From positions 10,595 through 74,594 of the forward strand of contig CAZKEF010000025.1 of the NCBI GenBank assembly GCA_964551735.1: a DNA stretch of 64,000 nucleotides. The letters run 5' to 3'. Every line of letters begins with the position of its first letter. Position 1 is the first letter of the stretch. Source of the stretch: an uncultured Anaerolineales bacterium. Its GTDB lineage: Bacteria > Chloroflexota > Anaerolineae > CG2-30-64-16. The position numbers and the translations under genes are program-made. A model generated the notes under the pieces. The model was not told the origin of the DNA. It worked only from the letters and a program-made list of their open reading frames with translations, and did not search any database. This document shows, one piece after another, positions 60,859 through 64,000 of this stretch.

Positions 60859-61581
60859 ATGCAGGCAAACCTGGTCAACGGCTGGCGCGAGGTGCTGGCC
60901 CGCATCATGGAAGGCTTCGACGCGGAATTGGGCGTGATCCCGGAATGGCTGGTCAATCCGGACACCAATCGGCGCCTGAAACTGGACTACCTCTACACTG
61001 ACATCGCCTTTGCGATCCGTTTCATCGGCCTGGAGGGCACCCAACGTAAAGGGCGTAAGAGCGATGAGGAGGTCACGACTGAGGAAGAACGGGAGGCCGC
61101 CCGCGCTGCGGTCTGCCGGGAGCACGGCGTCACCCTGGTAAGCATAGACCCCGACGGTGAGCCGCGCGTGGCGCTCCGCAACCTGGAAACCGGCCTGGCG
61201 CGCGCCACCGCGGCCCTGGCCCAGAACAGCAGTGTGCCCCACCCCAAAAAGCAAGGGCTGATGCCGTTGTTGAGCCTGGCGCGGCGCCGCGCGGGTGAGT
61301 TCACGACCAAGCTCGATCCCCCTGAAAAACTCAACATCTACGCCGAGATGTGGTGGGACCGGCAGGCCAACCTGGCCGCTCAGGCCCCAGCCCAAAAGGC
61401 GACAGCCAGGCCGCAGCCGTACCGCGTGGGGATGTCGGTCTACCATGCGAAGTTCGGCCCCGGCGAGATCACGGATATCCAGCCTGATGGCAAAGATATG
61501 GCCATCACCGTCAACTTCGTCACGGCCGATGTCCGCACGTTCCTGGCCAGCCTGGTTGCAGATAAGCTCACACCGCAATAA
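60859..61581 (+). CDS. Hypothetical protein with a C-terminal UvrD-C-terminal/Tudor-like (DUF3553-like) motif
   Basis: The C-terminus YRVGMSVYHAKFGPGEITDIQPDGKDMAITVNFVTADVRTFLASL resembles the UvrD C-terminal ...GQRVRHAKFGEGTIVN... The start (60859 versus 60760) is uncertain. The opposite-strand ORF 60748-61623 is judged spurious. Confidence 0.5.
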   Translation: MQANLVNGWREVLARIMEGFDAELGVIPEWLVNPDTNRRLKLDYLYTDIAFAIRFIGLEGTQRKGRKSDEEVTTEEEREAARAAVCREHGVTLVSIDPDGEPRVALRNLETGLARATAALAQNSSVPHPKKQGLMPLLSLARRRAGEFTTKLDPPEKLNIYAEMWWDRQANLAAQAPAQKATARPQPYRVGMSVYHAKFGPGEITDIQPDGKDMAITVNFVTADVRTFLASLVADKLTPQ

Positions 61582-61621
61582 GGGTATGCCGCGAGATATC
61601 CGTTGCAGAAAGGCCGCACCC

Positions 61622-62686
61622 ATGCCTGAGCGCAGCCCCGACGATAGCCGGTCCCCGCAGCAATCCGGGGCGCGCTGGCCGATCGTCTTCCTGGATCGGT
61701 TGCCCGTGCGCTATGCCTGGGCGGCTGCAGCGATCCTGCTGTTAGGGATCGCCAGCCTGATCCTTGAGGCATGGCTGAAGGCAACAACTGGCCTTGCTGC
61801 GGACTGGCGCGAGGGGAACGCGACCCTGGTGGTCGTACTTTACATCCTCACCCATCTGCGGCTCATCAAGGATGTCAGCATCGAAGCACTGGCACAGTTG
61901 CGCGCGGCTGTCAGAATCTCCGACAACCGCTATGAGCAGATCGCGGCGCGGCTGATCCGGCCTCGACCGTGGATCGAGGCGATGCTGGGGGTTCTGGCGT
62001 TGGCTTTGGGGGTCGTCTTTTTTGTGCTGCCGCCGGATCAACTGCGTGCGCTGCCTCATCAGACGCCGGGCGCTGTCCTGGCGTTGGCGCTGATCTTCCT
62101 TTTCTATGTCATCAGCGTGGCGCTGCTGCTCAGCCTGGTCTACACCGGTATTCGTAACGCATTTGGCCTGGCCGAACTGGCGCGGCAGCCCCTGACTGTC
62201 AATGTCTTCGATCCGGGGCCGCTGTTGGTGTTTGGCCGACTCAGTTTGCTGCACAGCCTAGCGTTCGTCGGGGTTTTCCTGATCCCGTTGGTGATCATCG
62301 GGCCGCCGCAGCAAGGGGGGGGCTGGCTGGTGATCGGCCTCTCAACGCTGAGCCTGCTAGCGTTGTTCCTGCCGCTGTGGGGCGTTCACCGGCAGATCGT
62401 CAAAGCCAGGGAGCAGGTGTTGGCAAGCATCTGCGAGGAGTTGATGGCAGTGCAGGCCGCGTTGGTCACGGGGCTGCCCAAAAATGCCGAGGCGCTGAAG
62501 ACATTAGCGGAACGCGCCGAGGCGCTGAGCACGTTTCGCAAGAACGTCCTCAGCGGGCCAAGCTGGCCCTTCCGCGATTTCAGCGCTGTTCTGCGCGCCA
62601 TCACCGCAGCAGCCAGCCCGCTCATTTACCTGGTCTTAAACCAATTGATTCAAACCTATGTGTTCCCGCTATTCAGCGTCCGCTAG
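61622..62686 (+). CDS. Hypothetical polytopic membrane protein
   Basis: MPERSPDDS...; about eight hydrophobic helices (LLLGIASLILEAW, LVVVLYILTHL, VLALALGVVFFVL, LALIFLFYVISVALLLSLVY, VGVFLIPLVIIG, LSLLALFLPLWG). 354 aa. Confidence 0.55.
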   Translation: MPERSPDDSRSPQQSGARWPIVFLDRLPVRYAWAAAAILLLGIASLILEAWLKATTGLAADWREGNATLVVVLYILTHLRLIKDVSIEALAQLRAAVRISDNRYEQIAARLIRPRPWIEAMLGVLALALGVVFFVLPPDQLRALPHQTPGAVLALALIFLFYVISVALLLSLVYTGIRNAFGLAELARQPLTVNVFDPGPLLVFGRLSLLHSLAFVGVFLIPLVIIGPPQQGGGWLVIGLSTLSLLALFLPLWGVHRQIVKAREQVLASICEELMAVQAALVTGLPKNAEALKTLAERAEALSTFRKNVLSGPSWPFRDFSAVLRAITAAASPLIYLVLNQLIQTYVFPLFSVR

Positions 62687-62695
62687 TCCCTCGGC

Positions 62696-62932
62696 TTACC
62701 AAAAACTCAGACCATAACGCGGCCCTGACGGCTCGATCACCGCCGAGAAGTCGGCGGCCAGCCGCTCCAGATCCTCAGAGTTCAGGCTGCGGATGCGCGC
62801 GATCTGCGCGCTGTCGAGCCGATATCGCAAGCTGCGCGCAGCCTTCTCGGGATCTTCGATCAGCAACTTGCGAAAGTCGTCGCTAAACAGCGCGCGGCCG
62901 ATCAGGCGATCCATCTGTGCCGATGTTGCCAT
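62696..62932 (-). CDS. Small protein with an NHLP/Nif11-like leader-type domain (possible RiPP precursor-like peptide)
   Basis: MATSAQMDRLIGRALFSDDFRKLLIEDPEKAARSL... fits the NHLP signature L[IV].[KR]A[WL].D..F[KR]..LL.DP..A. 78 aa, ending ...VIEPSGPRYGLSFW with no GG motif. AGGAG ribosome-binding site 9 nt upstream. Confidence 0.5.
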   Translation of the reverse strand: MATSAQMDRLIGRALFSDDFRKLLIEDPEKAARSLRYRLDSAQIARIRSLNSEDLERLAADFSAVIEPSGPRYGLSFW

Positions 62933-62960
62933 TTTCTCATCTCCTGCTCTCATAAAATGC

Positions 62961-63911
62961 TCACGTGGTATCGCTAAGCAGCGCAGCCGTCGCCGTTCGC
63001 AGCTGCTGACGCGCTGCACGGGCCCACTTGCTGCGCAAAGCGCCGGCCGCATCTTCCAGCCAACCGATGTACCCGGCCAAGGCGCCGAGGCCAACCTCAT
63101 CTGCCAGGCCCAGTGCGAAACACAGATGTTGATGGATGACAGCGAAGTAGGGGCGTCCGGCTGCGCCAACTGCCAGCTCTTGCATCACGGCCCGTCGCCC
63201 ATGCGCCAGATCCTGCAGCGCGCATGTGCCGGTTATCTGCGCCATGAAGGCATTCCAGCGACCAGCGGCCGCATCCTCGGCCCAATCTTGCGCATGATCC
63301 AGCAACACGGCGGCCACTAGCAGGTCGTCCAGCATCGTTTCCAGCATGACCAGCTTGTTGGGCCGATCAGCCAGCAAGCAGGCAGCGGCAGCACAGGACT
63401 TCAGCGGAGCGCCGCGCTGCGCCAGGGCCAACAAATCGGCGCGATCAGCGATATCGAAATATTGAACCGGCTCATAACTGCGCCAGGCAGCGGCCAGCCA
63501 TTGTTGCAGATAGCTATCGAAGCTGCGCCAGAACGCTGGCGCCACTCCGCAGAGATCCATGTAGCACGACAGCCACATGTGCAGCAGCGCTGTGCCCAAG
63601 AGGCGCGCAGGGACCTGCATCTCACTCCCCACTGCGCCATCCGCCAGATCGTCCTGCAAGCGGATGTAGGTCAGGCCGAGGACGTTGGCCAACACTAGGC
63701 TGCGCGCCTGTTCAGTCCTCAGCCCGAGCGCCTTGCCCAACCACCACGGGAGCGACCATTCCAGCGCCCAATTCGGAGGTCGGCTGCGGGCCAGCATCTG
63801 CTCGGCGAGCCAGGCCACCGGCTCTGGCAAGCCTTCACGCGCCAAAAGTGCTCGATAGGCCGCCGTTGCCCAATCAATTTCGGCCTCTGGCAAACACGGC
63901 GGCGCCTTCAT
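62961..63911 (-). CDS. Isoprenoid-synthase-fold protein with squalene/phytoene-synthase-like Asp-rich motifs (function unknown)
   Basis: YIRLQDDLAD (compare SQS/PSY motif Y..CR..DD.VD) and, 118 aa later, LLDHAQDWAEDAAAGRW (compare R-D-x-x-E-D-x-x-x-G-R). All-alpha composition. The start may be 63911 or 63989, and the gene may extend beyond the window. Confidence 0.4.
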   Translation of the reverse strand: MKAPPCLPEAEIDWATAAYRALLAREGLPEPVAWLAEQMLARSRPPNWALEWSLPWWLGKALGLRTEQARSLVLANVLGLTYIRLQDDLADGAVGSEMQVPARLLGTALLHMWLSCYMDLCGVAPAFWRSFDSYLQQWLAAAWRSYEPVQYFDIADRADLLALAQRGAPLKSCAAAACLLADRPNKLVMLETMLDDLLVAAVLLDHAQDWAEDAAAGRWNAFMAQITGTCALQDLAHGRRAVMQELAVGAAGRPYFAVIHQHLCFALGLADEVGLGALAGYIGWLEDAAGALRSKWARAARQQLRTATAALLSDTT

Positions 63912-64000
63912 GCGCGCACCTCCGCGATCCTCACCCGCACAAAGCCCTTCACAGCACTCATGGGCAGATGCTACCATATCGTTCCGCACTTGTCAATGTC

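Noticed and set aside
60748-61623. 291 aa minus-strand ORF opposite the DUF3553-like gene
   Set aside because: The plus-strand frame carries a recognisable UvrD-C-terminal-like motif. The minus-strand translation is Gly/Arg/Ala low-complexity. Codon statistics would settle this; I kept the plus-strand call at moderate confidence only.

Overview
This 64 kb window is a gene-dense, high-GC (about 65 %) bacterial chromosomal segment with no rRNA, tRNA or CRISPR array that I can see. The gene content looks Gram-positive-like or Chloroflexota-like. That guess rests on RNase J plus RNase Y, a recA-recX-rny arrangement with a GAAC-N4-GTTC LexA box, spoVS, holB-ricT(yaaT), a T-box leader, and SARP/STAND-type regulators. 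The taxonomic guess is inference only.

Main blocks from left to right:
- argC (partial) and a GNAT gene.
- rnj, with rny-recX-recA on the opposite strand.
- A secreted protein divergent from a SARP/NB-ARC/TPR regulator, followed by a giant tandem cyclase-AAA-TPR protein and a convergent secreted protein with an internal duplication.
- An Hsp70 gene fragment and an 800 bp lower-GC non-coding stretch.
- A TolB-like lipoprotein next to a MacA/MacB-type ABC efflux operon.
- rex, then a co-directional block: CBS protein, B12-binding radical SAM, four-subunit 2-oxoacid:ferredoxin oxidoreductase, aminotransferase, CBS protein, ThiF/E1-like, double GNAT.
- A consensus sigma70 promoter and T-box leader driving ask-hom-asd.
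- A glycosyltransferase/flippase-like/S9 peptidase group, an HD hydrolase and a lipoprotein.
- MaoC, holB, ricT, spoVS.
- A GT4-GT4-WbaP-like-M20-MGDG-synthase-like polysaccharide/glycolipid cluster.
- OsmC and TlpA, two tandem FemAB-family paralogues, and three hypothetical proteins.
- At the right edge, an NHLP/Nif11-like small protein next to a squalene/phytoene-synthase-like gene.

Unannotated structure worth a second look:
- A 61 bp hairpin repeat family (MITE/REP-like) with five copies; one is carried in-frame inside a femAB-like CDS.
- Arrays of 7-8 nt tandem repeats at gene junctions, and one inside argC.
- A roughly 49 bp motif shared by two intergenic regions.
- The T-box leader and the STAND regulator pair flanked by novel secreted repeat proteins.
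- The truncated RiPP-like pair at the window edge.

Many six-frame ORFs antisense to these genes are treated as high-GC artefacts.
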